Counted from the first letter of the stretch, positions 53,460 through 60,933 are shown. The stretch: 64,000 nt of DNA from an uncultured Candidatus Saccharibacteria bacterium (GCA_964633425.1 CAZWFX010000005.1:1750-65749), one strand, 5' to 3'. Program-made: numbers and translations. The notes: generated by a model not told the origin, from the sequence alone.

Positions 53460-54640
53460 GCCCTCGTGGACGACGTTGGAACCAGAATACGCGAATACAA
53501 AGGCCACGTCCACATCCCCGACTTGAGGGAGAGGGTCGCGCGGTTGCCCCAATATGCCGCGTAAAACAGGGCTGTGAACGCCTGTATCGAGCGGATGATA
53601 CATTCACCGAGGAATGTTACCCCCCCCCCCCCCGACGCTTTCACCCACTTTTCTACCTTCTGCCGCACTTTGTAGGCATTGCCGTGGTTCATCAGCCCGA
53701 GATACGACTGCACCGTTGCGGCATCACCTTTCTTTCGCTTGATACTCTGAAACATCCTATGTCGCGTTGCGGTCCGAAGCACCCGATGGTCCCCGAAGTG
53801 AACCCAACCGAGATAGTCGATCCCTGATGCCAATGTACGAATGGAGATCTTGTCGGGATGAAGCGTAAGGCGGAGTTCGCTCCAGAGAAACTCCTGCACT
53901 TGCGGAAGGATACCCTCAAGCCATTTCCTGTCTCGGGAAAAGAATACGAAGTCGTCGGCATACCGAACGTAATACTTCGCTTTCAGTTTGTGCTTGGCGA
54001 ACTGATCGAGCTTGTTCATGTAGATATTCACCAAGAGCTGCGAAGTCAGGTTGCCGAGCGGCAGTCCTTTACCCTCCTCGTCAGAATGGAAACTCCCGAC
54101 TATCTCCGCAAGGAGATGCATTATATCCCTGTCTGGGACATACTCGCCAACGACCCGCAAAAGGATCTCGTGATTGACTGAAGCGAAGAACTTTCTCACG
54201 TCGCATTTCAGAACCCATGCGGTCCGTGTATTGTTGTCCGAAACGCGATTGGCACAAGAACGAAAAACATCCAGTGCTTTGTGCATACCCTTATCTCGTC
54301 GGCAAGAATACGACGCAGCCGCAAAGGTCTTATCGAAGAACGGGTAGAGGTGGCGATATATCGCGTGGTGCAAAAGACGGTCGCGGACCGCGGCTTTGTG
54401 GATGTTGCGCGGCTTCGGATCAGAGATATTGAACGCCTCATACGGCGAATGTCGATAGGTCTTTGAGGCAAGCTCGGCATGAAGTGCGAGGACATTACTC
54501 ATCAAATCGGATTGAAACAGTTGCACATCCTTGCGTGCACGCTTGCCGCGCACGAACTCGCGCCACGCTTCGAGCAGGTTCTCGACCGATATGATATTGT
54601 TGTATGTGTGCGAGAGCACGATCCGACCAAGAGTTTTCAT
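53450..54640 (-). CDS. Reverse transcriptase, diversity-generating retroelement (DGR) type
   Basis: 396-aa ORF starting at an ATG. N-terminal ISVENLLEAWREFVRGKRARKDV...YRHSPYEAFNISDPKPRNIHKAAVRDRLLHHAIY. DGR hallmark LPLGNLTSQLLVNIY. Catalytic YVRYADDFVFF. A cognate TR/VR pair lies upstream. The last 56 codons follow a G14 tract (53620-53633) and may not be translated; the other two frames stop within 0-6 codons of the tract. Confidence 0.9.
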   Translation of the reverse strand: MKTLGRIVLSHTYNNIISVENLLEAWREFVRGKRARKDVQLFQSDLMSNVLALHAELASKTYRHSPYEAFNISDPKPRNIHKAAVRDRLLHHAIYRHLYPFFDKTFAAASYSCRRDKGMHKALDVFRSCANRVSDNNTRTAWVLKCDVRKFFASVNHEILLRVVGEYVPDRDIMHLLAEIVGSFHSDEEGKGLPLGNLTSQLLVNIYMNKLDQFAKHKLKAKYYVRYADDFVFFSRDRKWLEGILPQVQEFLWSELRLTLHPDKISIRTLASGIDYLGWVHFGDHRVLRTATRHRMFQSIKRKKGDAATVQSYLGLMNHGNAYKVRQKVEKWVKASGGGGVTFLGECIIRSIQAFTALFYAAYWGNRATLSLKSGMWTWPLYSRILVPTSSTRARK

Positions 54641-54649
54641 AGTGAGCTT

Positions 54650-55015
54650 TTGCCTTTGTTACAGCGCATCAAAACGCTGTATTTGTTGTGGTATGAATAT
54701 TATCAGACACTTCCCAAAATCCACCGCCACACGCTCGGCAAGAAAATAGACGCGTTATTTATCGAACTGATGGAAGCGGTCAATGCAGGCGCTTTCCTGC
54801 CGCGTGATCAGAAACTCCCGTATGTGCGTCTTGCGATACGGAAGCAAGATACGCTCAAACTTCTCTTGATGGTTTTGTGGGAGACCAAGTCGCTTGATAC
54901 AAAAAAGTACGGAGCGCTGTCTGCCCAAATGAACGAGATCGGCAAGATGCTCGGCGGGTGGAACGGACAACTTCAGAAGCAAAACTCTCCCAAAGAGGGA
55001 GAGAAGCGAGGATAG
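54650..55015 (+). CDS. avd: Four-helix-bundle protein (23S rRNA IVS / Avd-like family), opposite strand to the rest of the DGR
   Basis: 178-aa plus-strand ORF trimmed to the in-frame TTG at 54650, since its 5' part overlaps the RT gene. Reads LQRIKTLYLLWYEYYQTLPKIHRHTLGKKIDALFIELMEAV...LKLLLMVLWETKSLDTKKYGALSAQMNEIGKMLGGWNGQLQKQN, which matches my memory of the four-helix-bundle family. The stop at 55013-55015 abuts the TR. Confidence 0.65.
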   Translation: MPLLQRIKTLYLLWYEYYQTLPKIHRHTLGKKIDALFIELMEAVNAGAFLPRDQKLPYVRLAIRKQDTLKLLLMVLWETKSLDTKKYGALSAQMNEIGKMLGGWNGQLQKQNSPKEGEKRG

Positions 55016-55147
55016 TTGCGACGAGCGAAAACGAAGCGATTGTCAGCGTTCCAGACGTTGTCAGGATGACCGTTGTTGGCATTGAGCCAGAGGTCGTCGC
55101 TGTCGTGCTCCACGTTGAAGATGTTGCGGTCGCCGTCCCGATCGGTT
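55016..55147 (-). repeat. DGR template repeat (TR)
   Basis: 132 nt aligning to 55483-55614 at a constant offset of 467. There are 18 mismatches, 16 of them at coding-strand adenines of this copy. It is Asn/Asp-codon rich (NIFNVEHDSDDLWLNANNGHPDNVWNADNRFVFARR). The 84-aa ORF 54973..55227 is just this repeat. Confidence 0.9.
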
Positions 55148-55378
55148 GCGTACAGAGCGCCTCCCGTGCCACTGCCCGTTGAATACTCTTCGAGCTGTAT
55201 CTTATTCGCGATCGAAATCGCAAGCACTCTGCACCAAGTATCATCAGCTTTTTAGAGCAACAATACGCCACTCCGTTCCGAGCCGTGGCCAGAAACGCTC
55301 TGGACGTATGGATACTGGGTTCGGTAGCAAGAAACCATGGTCGCTTGCGTATGCACCTACTACCGCACTCATTCTATC

Positions 55379-55416
55379 AAAAAAATACCGCCTGCTCGAT
55401 GCAATCGAGCAGGCGG
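55379..55416 (-). terminator. Rho-independent terminator downstream of the DGR target / hairpin 3' of the VR
   Basis: Perfect 13-bp stem CCGCCTGCTCGAT (55388-55400) / ATCGAGCAGGCGG (55404-55416) with a 3-nt loop, followed on the minus strand by TA and then T7 (55379-55385). Confidence 0.7.
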
Positions 55417-55420
55417 AGTG

Positions 55421-55478
55421 TCCAAGCCCCAAGTTCCAAGGGTCCAAGAACCAAAGGATCAAAGGGCAAAGGACCAAG
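55421..55478 (-). repeat. Array of eight degenerate heptamers (plus strand (C)CAA(A)G, coding strand CTT(T)GG) directly after the target stop codon
   Basis: Units start at 55422, 55429, 55436, 55444, 55451, 55460, 55467 and 55474, giving a 7-9 nt period. The array lies between the VR/stop codon and the terminator hairpin. Confidence 0.6.
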
Positions 55479-56066
55479 TTACTTGCGACGAGCGAAAACG
55501 AAGCGATGAGCAGCGTACCAGACGTAGTAAGGATGACCGTAGTGGGCATGGAGCCAGAGGCCGTCGCTGCCGTGCCCCACGCCGAAGATGAGGCGGTCGC
55601 CGTCCCGAGCGGTGATGGCTTCCATCGCGATGCGGAGCCATTCGTCGCGGGGCTGGTCGCCGTACTGCAAACGCAGCGCGGGACCGACTTCGGCGGGGCA
55701 CAGCTCCAGACCGAGCTCGACTGCCTTGGTGCAGATGTCCGCATAGCGGGCACTGCCCTTGAAGCCGAGGTCGCCGACCGAGAGGTCGACAAGATCGAGG
55801 TCGACTTCCACCTGCGAGCAGGAGATCCTGCCGAGGATATCGTCGCCCCAGTCGCCGATACGCCGACCCGCCTTCTTGAGCGCGTTGCGGTACTCGTCAG
55901 GCGACTTGCAGGTGCCGAGCTTCACGGACTTCCAAACCGCGAACTCGCGAGGTTGCACCTCGACGAGCTTCAGTTTGCCGTCCAGAAGACGATCGACGCC
56001 TTCTTCGCCACCGAGCTTGTTCCAGACCGCCTGAACGCGATCCACGGTACCATTATTCTTCGCCAT
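55479..56066 (-). CDS. DGR target (variable) protein, 195 aa, no signal peptide
   Basis: ATG preceded by GAGGAGG-AACT (strong Shine-Dalgarno). Reads MAKNNGTVDRVQAVWNKLGGEEG...LCPAEVGPALRLQYGDQPRDEWLRIAMEAITARDGDRLIF, followed by the VR. No hydrophobic N-terminus. Confidence 0.9.
   Translation of the reverse strand: MAKNNGTVDRVQAVWNKLGGEEGVDRLLDGKLKLVEVQPREFAVWKSVKLGTCKSPDEYRNALKKAGRRIGDWGDDILGRISCSQVEVDLDLVDLSVGDLGFKGSARYADICTKAVELGLELCPAEVGPALRLQYGDQPRDEWLRIAMEAITARDGDRLIFGVGHGSDGLWLHAHYGHPYYVWYAAHRFVFARRK
55483..55614 (-). repeat. DGR variable repeat (VR), last 44 codons of the target gene
   Basis: Aligns to the TR. Encodes RLIFGVGHGSDGLWLHAHYGHPYYVWYAAHRFVFARRK. The 3' 25 nt are identical to the TR (IMH-like). 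Similarity ends at the stop codon. Confidence 0.9.
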
Positions 56067-56218
56067 AGTTCCTCCTCGCCCATATAGGGCACACAGGGTG
56101 ATCCCGAACCCCGTATAGGGTTTCGGTACTGGACCAACACAGTCACAGCAAAAAACATCCTACCGAGATAAGCTACTTTTTGCTATGACTGGCCGCGCAT
56201 TTCAAAGAACTGTGTGCA

Positions 56219-56246
56219 ACTATACCACGTTATATTGTTTATGCAA
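56219..56246 (-). promoter_or_regulatory. Candidate sigma70-type promoter for the DGR target gene
   Basis: The minus strand reads TTGCAT (56246-56241), a 16-nt spacer, then TATAGT (56224-56219). It lies in the 200-nt gap after the res stop, about 150 nt upstream of the target ATG. Confidence 0.3.
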
Positions 56247-56266
56247 TCCCCCCTCGCGAGGACTTT

Positions 56267-58804
56267 CTATGCGAAGGACCGAACGTCTCCGAGCAGTTTT
56301 TCCTGCTCGCGCTGAAGCGAAGCGTCAAAGACGATCCGATACTCAAAGTTCTTATTGATCTCTTGGAACGTACGAAAGCCGACCTCCTTCGCAAAGACCT
56401 CATTGGTGAGCTTCTCCCGCTTTCCATCGTAGACCTTCCTGTTTGCTTCGTATTCCAACCGCTCTGCCGTGCTCTTGACCTCAACCACAAGAAACCTGCC
56501 TTTGGTGGTCTCGATCAGGAAGTCGGGAAAATACCGCGCAACCCGTTGCCGCTCGGGGCTCCAATACTCAAAGTAGAAGTCGTTATGTGATGTGTCGGTA
56601 GCGCCACCCGTAAAGTAAACGTCCCGTATCACTTCGCTTTCGCCAAGAATGTCGCGCAAGTAGCGAAACAGATCGCGTTCATCGGCACTGTCGAAATTGT
56701 ACGGGTTTATATGAAAGCCGAGCTTGCCGATGTGCCCCACCTCCTCTTCCTTTTCTCTGTAGACCACCAGCTTGTTCTTGCCGCTCTCGATGCTGATTTT
56801 GAACGGGTACAGTTTCGTGAGCTCAAGGGTCTCTTCAATCGTATCGACGCGCTCCTCGTACGTGTACGCACGCTTGAGTATCTCTTGGATCACAAACGGT
56901 ATGAGCGCAGGCGTATCGTTTGCATCCCGCACAAACTCATCACGAGCTTTACCGCTGTTACTGATGATTTTACTGACAGTGAGACACGGAAGATGCGTAT
57001 AGCGATTGATCATTTCGACAAGCTCGTAGAAGGTGCAGTCACTCCGTTCGCTTATCTCTTGCGTCCCACGTAACTCGGCCTCCTTGTATACAGCTCCGCC
57101 AGCATCAGACAAAGAGATACTACCTTCCCTAACGAACACGCGATACTCATCTGCTTTGAACTTCTTGAAGTCGACCTTGATGGCCTCTGGTGCCGCCGTT
57201 CGCAAAGACACGATCTCCCGAAGCACTTTCTTCACTTTCACAGTCATTCGTTTCTCGACCTTGAGCGTGTGCTCGACCTTGCTTTGTTCTTGCGCGTTTA
57301 TGTCAGCAATACTTGCCGAGAAGTTGCTTTTGAGCTCCTTGTCGAGGATCTTATAGTTCTCCGTCGAGAGAAAGATACGTGCCCTCGTCAAGTTGTCGCC
57401 GATGGCGCGAAGACAGCGCGTGGTCGACTGGAGGACAAGTATGGTGCTCTTCGGCTTCTTGTAGAGTGCGACGGCAACAAGCGATCGGCAGTTCCACCCT
57501 TCCGTACCTTTGCCCACGAGCAGAACGAACCGCTTTCTGCTTTCACTCGTATCGAGTTTCAAGAACTCGTGTCGGTTCTCTTCCGCCTCGGTATGGTATT
57601 CGAGCACCGCATCAAGACCGATCCCGTATCGGGTTAGTATCTTCTCGATCTTTGGCTTGAGATCCTTTCGTAGGTCGTCGATACTCGCAGCGTAGAAAGC
57701 GATCTTTGGCAGGCGACCTTCGATGCGTTTCTCGCCGTATTCGCCGATAAAGGTCGCGAGCACCTCTTCCAAGAACCTATCTGTGCGGACATCACCGTAA
57801 TCAAATATGCGGACCTGTTTTAGGATACCGCTCTCGATACCCGCCTTGAGGCCGAAATGATACACCACGTCTGGTATCATCTCGTTCTTTACGTATGGCG
57901 TACCCGTCAGGTTTACGACCGAGACAAGCGGCGTATTGGCGTGCATATAATCTATCGTCTGCCGTGTCTTCTTGAGAGCACCCTCAAGATTTGTGCCGAA
58001 CGAATGATGCGCCTCATCTACAAACACCATAAGGTGCGACAAGCCGCGCAGCGCTTGGAGCCGCGCGTTCTCGATCTCCCGCTTCTCAAGCTCGGCCTTA
58101 TCTCCGAAGAGCCGCTTCGTACCATTAGAAACAGTCGTGCGAGTTTTGAGGATTATCTTCTGCGAGTTTGATACTACTACATTGTAGTTGCCGATCGGTG
58201 AAAGCGGCGTTTCAGGACTTTCGAGATAGTGATATTTTATATTGAGAAGAACATTCTGATACTCGCGCGGAAGCACTCTCGTATAGTCGAAGGTCTTTAT
58301 CTCCTTCAAACTCTCGATGATGGTCGTGTCAGGTGCAAATATCAGAGCATTCTTCGCAAATCGCTCGTCGTTGGGGTGATGAAAGGCAAGCACGAAATCG
58401 TACACCATCATTACTGCCATCAATACGGTCTTGCCCGAACCCATCGTGAGCGCATACACTTGATTTGCATATTCAGATGTTCCAAATGCCGCTTGCAGTA
58501 GACGTTCTATTTCAACATCGTCGCCGATCAGATCAAACGCTTTTTCCTTGGAGACCCCAAGGCCGAGCAGGAGTTCCTTGTCATCCGCAAACAAAGAACG
58601 GAACAGATCTATGGATGTTTTGTTGCCGATGACTTCTTTGAGATAGATATACGTCTCAAGCGCTTCTATCTGCGGCTCGTGAAGATATGCAACGCGGCGT
58701 ATATAGGAAAGTATGCTGCGCGTCTCCTTGAAGATATGCGGACAACCTTCATCACGCCATTGTGATACTGCGGACCGTATTTTTTGTAAAAGCAACGTCT
58801 CCAT
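56267..58804 (-). CDS. res: Type III restriction enzyme, Res subunit (DEAH helicase plus C-terminal PD-(D/E)xK nuclease)
   Basis: 845-aa ORF with motif I YALTMGSGKTVLMA and motif II MVFVDEAHHSFG. C-terminal nuclease-like YFPDFLIETTKGRFLVVEVKS. Lies 4 nt downstream of the mod gene. Confidence 0.85.
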   Translation of the reverse strand: METLLLQKIRSAVSQWRDEGCPHIFKETRSILSYIRRVAYLHEPQIEALETYIYLKEVIGNKTSIDLFRSLFADDKELLLGLGVSKEKAFDLIGDDVEIERLLQAAFGTSEYANQVYALTMGSGKTVLMAVMMVYDFVLAFHHPNDERFAKNALIFAPDTTIIESLKEIKTFDYTRVLPREYQNVLLNIKYHYLESPETPLSPIGNYNVVVSNSQKIILKTRTTVSNGTKRLFGDKAELEKREIENARLQALRGLSHLMVFVDEAHHSFGTNLEGALKKTRQTIDYMHANTPLVSVVNLTGTPYVKNEMIPDVVYHFGLKAGIESGILKQVRIFDYGDVRTDRFLEEVLATFIGEYGEKRIEGRLPKIAFYAASIDDLRKDLKPKIEKILTRYGIGLDAVLEYHTEAEENRHEFLKLDTSESRKRFVLLVGKGTEGWNCRSLVAVALYKKPKSTILVLQSTTRCLRAIGDNLTRARIFLSTENYKILDKELKSNFSASIADINAQEQSKVEHTLKVEKRMTVKVKKVLREIVSLRTAAPEAIKVDFKKFKADEYRVFVREGSISLSDAGGAVYKEAELRGTQEISERSDCTFYELVEMINRYTHLPCLTVSKIISNSGKARDEFVRDANDTPALIPFVIQEILKRAYTYEERVDTIEETLELTKLYPFKISIESGKNKLVVYREKEEEVGHIGKLGFHINPYNFDSADERDLFRYLRDILGESEVIRDVYFTGGATDTSHNDFYFEYWSPERQRVARYFPDFLIETTKGRFLVVEVKSTAERLEYEANRKVYDGKREKLTNEVFAKEVGFRTFQEINKNFEYRIVFDASLQREQEKLLGDVRSFA

Positions 58805-58808
58805 ATAT

Positions 58809-60713
58809 CTATGCCGCTTTTATCTCGAAGGTCTCGAAATACTCCTCACCCAGCACGTCGGTTATCTTCACCGCAACCGTATACATACCCTTCTTTTCAT
58901 ATGTCCACGAATATTTCGCGAGAATGAGGTCAGCTTCTTTTGGGAGGTCGATGATCTCGGCGTTGAACAGCTTGCCATCATAGTCGACATCTATTGCCAC
59001 GCTTTCAATGATCTGCCTGTAATCCTCGACCCGTACTCGATGCTCCTTGTTTATGATCTTCTCATTCTCCGTTTCGAGTTTCCGCATCAAAAGCGGCGAA
59101 TGAAACTCGTCGATCGAGACCTCAAGCGCACCGCCACGCATCTTCGCTTGCACGTGTGCCTCTGGCTTCTGTTTGAACGTCAGGTTTTTTCGGTCAGTGA
59201 GAATATTACGAACATCAATCTGTGCACCTGTCTTGTTCTCCTTCTTGAGGAAGTCGAGTACATCGAGCTCCATACCAGAGCAGATGATAATCACGCTCTG
59301 CTCGTAAACCGCGTCTCCAGATTTGGAACTCTTCTTGACGGTAAACTCGTCGATCTTGTCTCCGATATTCTTGAGGAGTGTGCGAATATCCATTTTATTG
59401 AGCACTCGATTGAGTGGCATCACTTTTACGAAGTTCCCGTCGAGTAGACCGTCAAAATAACTTCTGCGCATCGGTTCGACGCTGTACACCTCCATCACAA
59501 TCTCCTTCGCCTCAAGCTCATTCCTGAACACATCGTAATCGTTTACGTTTAGTACTTTGAACCCGAGTGACCCAGAGAAGTCGCCCAGTTGGTCGTTCTT
59601 GGCCGATTGAAGTTGGCTCCCTATTATCTGATTTATACGCTTCGTGGTGGTCTGCACGGAACCCAGATTGATGTCACACCCGATCCAACGCCTGCCCATT
59701 TTCTGCGCGACTGCACACGTTGTTCCAGAACCCATAAAGAAGTCGGCAACAAGATCTCCCTCCTTGGATGCAGTAGAGATAACGCGCTCAAGAAGCGGCT
59801 CGGAGTTTTCGGTCGGATAGCCAGTAGTGAAGCTGTAGCCAGATATGTCGGTCCAGTTGGTATCGAGAGCGATAGCGCTCTTGGGCTCTACCCAATATTC
59901 TGGTTTGCCCGACTTCGGATGAAGACGCGCCTTCCCTTCAGCGGCCATTGCATCTATGCGTTCCTGCGTGAATGTAAAATGTCTTCCGTTTGGAGGAAAC
60001 ATGGTCTTTCCAAAAAACACGCGCTCACGCGGGTAGCGGATGCCTGCGGAGTCCAGTCCGTGCCAATACCCATCTTTCCTCTCATCCAATGGCTTGTAGA
60101 CACTCGACAACTCCGCCTTTGGGGACTTTGCATAGAGAAAAAGTGAGTCGGTTGCGGTTGGTATACTCTTCTTACCCTGCTGGGTAATATTCTTCTTGAT
60201 GCGATTGATTGCGAACTCATTTTGAAAGTGATCCTGACCGAATACCTCGTCGAGTACGATCTTCACATAATGACCGAGATGATGATCGAACCGCACGAAT
60301 ATAAAACCAGTGTCTGCTAAAAGCTCGCGCATCAGCGACAGGCGCACGTATATGAATTGGAGGAAATAATCAATCTCAAAAATATTGGCATACTGTTTCT
60401 CCTCAAAGAGCGTATAGTCGCCCTTGAGCTGCTGTCCCCTCAAGCTGATCGTCTTGAAATAATCGACCCCCGTACCGAACGGCGGATCAATGTAAATGAG
60501 ATCTATCTTGCCACGGTACTCCTTGAGCAGGTGCGCGAGCACTTGCAGATTATCTCCCCAAAATAACTTACTGAACTCCTTGGCATCCTTGTCGCCATAG
60601 AACTCCTTTTCCTGCGATGGGTAATATTCGATACCTTCCAGTGGACGTTTACCACTCCACTGAAGAAGCGGCCGTCCTTTAGCTTGCTCTACGAACTGTA
60701 TGTCGTTTTTCAT
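58809..60713 (-). CDS. mod: Type III restriction-modification DNA methyltransferase, Mod subunit (beta-class N6A/N4C MTase)
   Basis: 726-aa ORF (GTG start) trimmed to M93 (MKNDIQFVEQAKGRPLLQWSGKRPL), because the longer form overlaps the HTH gene and has no other in-frame start. Motif IV IDLIYIDPPFGTGVDY lies upstream of motif I LVADFFMGSGTTCAVAQKMGRRWIGCDIN. Confidence 0.85.
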   Translation of the reverse strand: MKNDIQFVEQAKGRPLLQWSGKRPLEGIEYYPSQEKEFYGDKDAKEFSKLFWGDNLQVLAHLLKEYRGKIDLIYIDPPFGTGVDYFKTISLRGQQLKGDYTLFEEKQYANIFEIDYFLQFIYVRLSLMRELLADTGFIFVRFDHHLGHYVKIVLDEVFGQDHFQNEFAINRIKKNITQQGKKSIPTATDSLFLYAKSPKAELSSVYKPLDERKDGYWHGLDSAGIRYPRERVFFGKTMFPPNGRHFTFTQERIDAMAAEGKARLHPKSGKPEYWVEPKSAIALDTNWTDISGYSFTTGYPTENSEPLLERVISTASKEGDLVADFFMGSGTTCAVAQKMGRRWIGCDINLGSVQTTTKRINQIIGSQLQSAKNDQLGDFSGSLGFKVLNVNDYDVFRNELEAKEIVMEVYSVEPMRRSYFDGLLDGNFVKVMPLNRVLNKMDIRTLLKNIGDKIDEFTVKKSSKSGDAVYEQSVIIICSGMELDVLDFLKKENKTGAQIDVRNILTDRKNLTFKQKPEAHVQAKMRGGALEVSIDEFHSPLLMRKLETENEKIINKEHRVRVEDYRQIIESVAIDVDYDGKLFNAEIIDLPKEADLILAKYSWTYEKKGMYTVAVKITDVLGEEYFETFEIKAA

Positions 60714-60933
60714 ATTTTGGTCGGGTTTTATTGCTGGCGGGAACCATAAAACAAAAAGCTCCCCACCAGAACGAAGGTCGACGACTCTTTCGAGCCGCCC
60801 GTAGTCCCTTTCGAGAGCTACGACCCGACCAAGAGCGTCTCCGTCTGATGAGGAGTTTGCTATCTTGGTCGGGTATTTATTTACGCCATACCGTCTACGC
60901 GGTTTAGGCAGATATGTGAGGGTTAGCCGTATA

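Larger units (their letters stand above)
53450..56066 (-). mobile_element. Diversity-generating retroelement cassette (target-VR, TR, inverted Avd-like gene, RT)
   Basis: Combination of the four components above. Confidence 0.88.

Noticed and set aside
53106-53603. 165-aa, 92-aa and 183-aa ORFs covering the region downstream of RT
   Set aside because: They overlap one another in several frames, have no motifs, and lie over hairpins and direct repeats. Treated as structured non-coding DNA.
53450-54640. RT as a group II intron maturase, retron RT or defence-associated (Abi/UG) RT
   Set aside because: No intron RNA domains, maturase X/En region or msr/msd-type inverted repeats were seen. The LGNLTSQ motif and an adenine-specific TR/VR pair point to a DGR.
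54479-54649. 5' extension of the 178-aa plus-strand ORF (MKCEDITHQIGLKQ...)
   Set aside because: It overlaps the well-supported N-terminus of the RT on the opposite strand, and four-helix-bundle family members are about 115-125 aa. The start was moved to TTG at 54650.
54973-55227. 84-aa minus-strand ORF (MLAISIANKIQLEEYSTGSGTGG...RFVFARRNYPRF...)
   Set aside because: It is simply the DGR template repeat read in the frame of the VR. It has no ribosome-binding site context, and its 3' part runs antisense through the Avd-like gene. Annotated as the TR, not a CDS.
55146-56087. 313-aa plus-strand ORF, and similar long ORFs opposite real genes (for example 26161..27141, 810..1562, 22099..22794, 4488..5171, 19901..20422, 47009..47557)
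   Set aside because: These are antisense shadows of high-GC genes. They are Arg/Ser/Pro/Gly-rich low-complexity translations with no motifs, and each is fully overlapped by a motif-bearing gene on the other strand.
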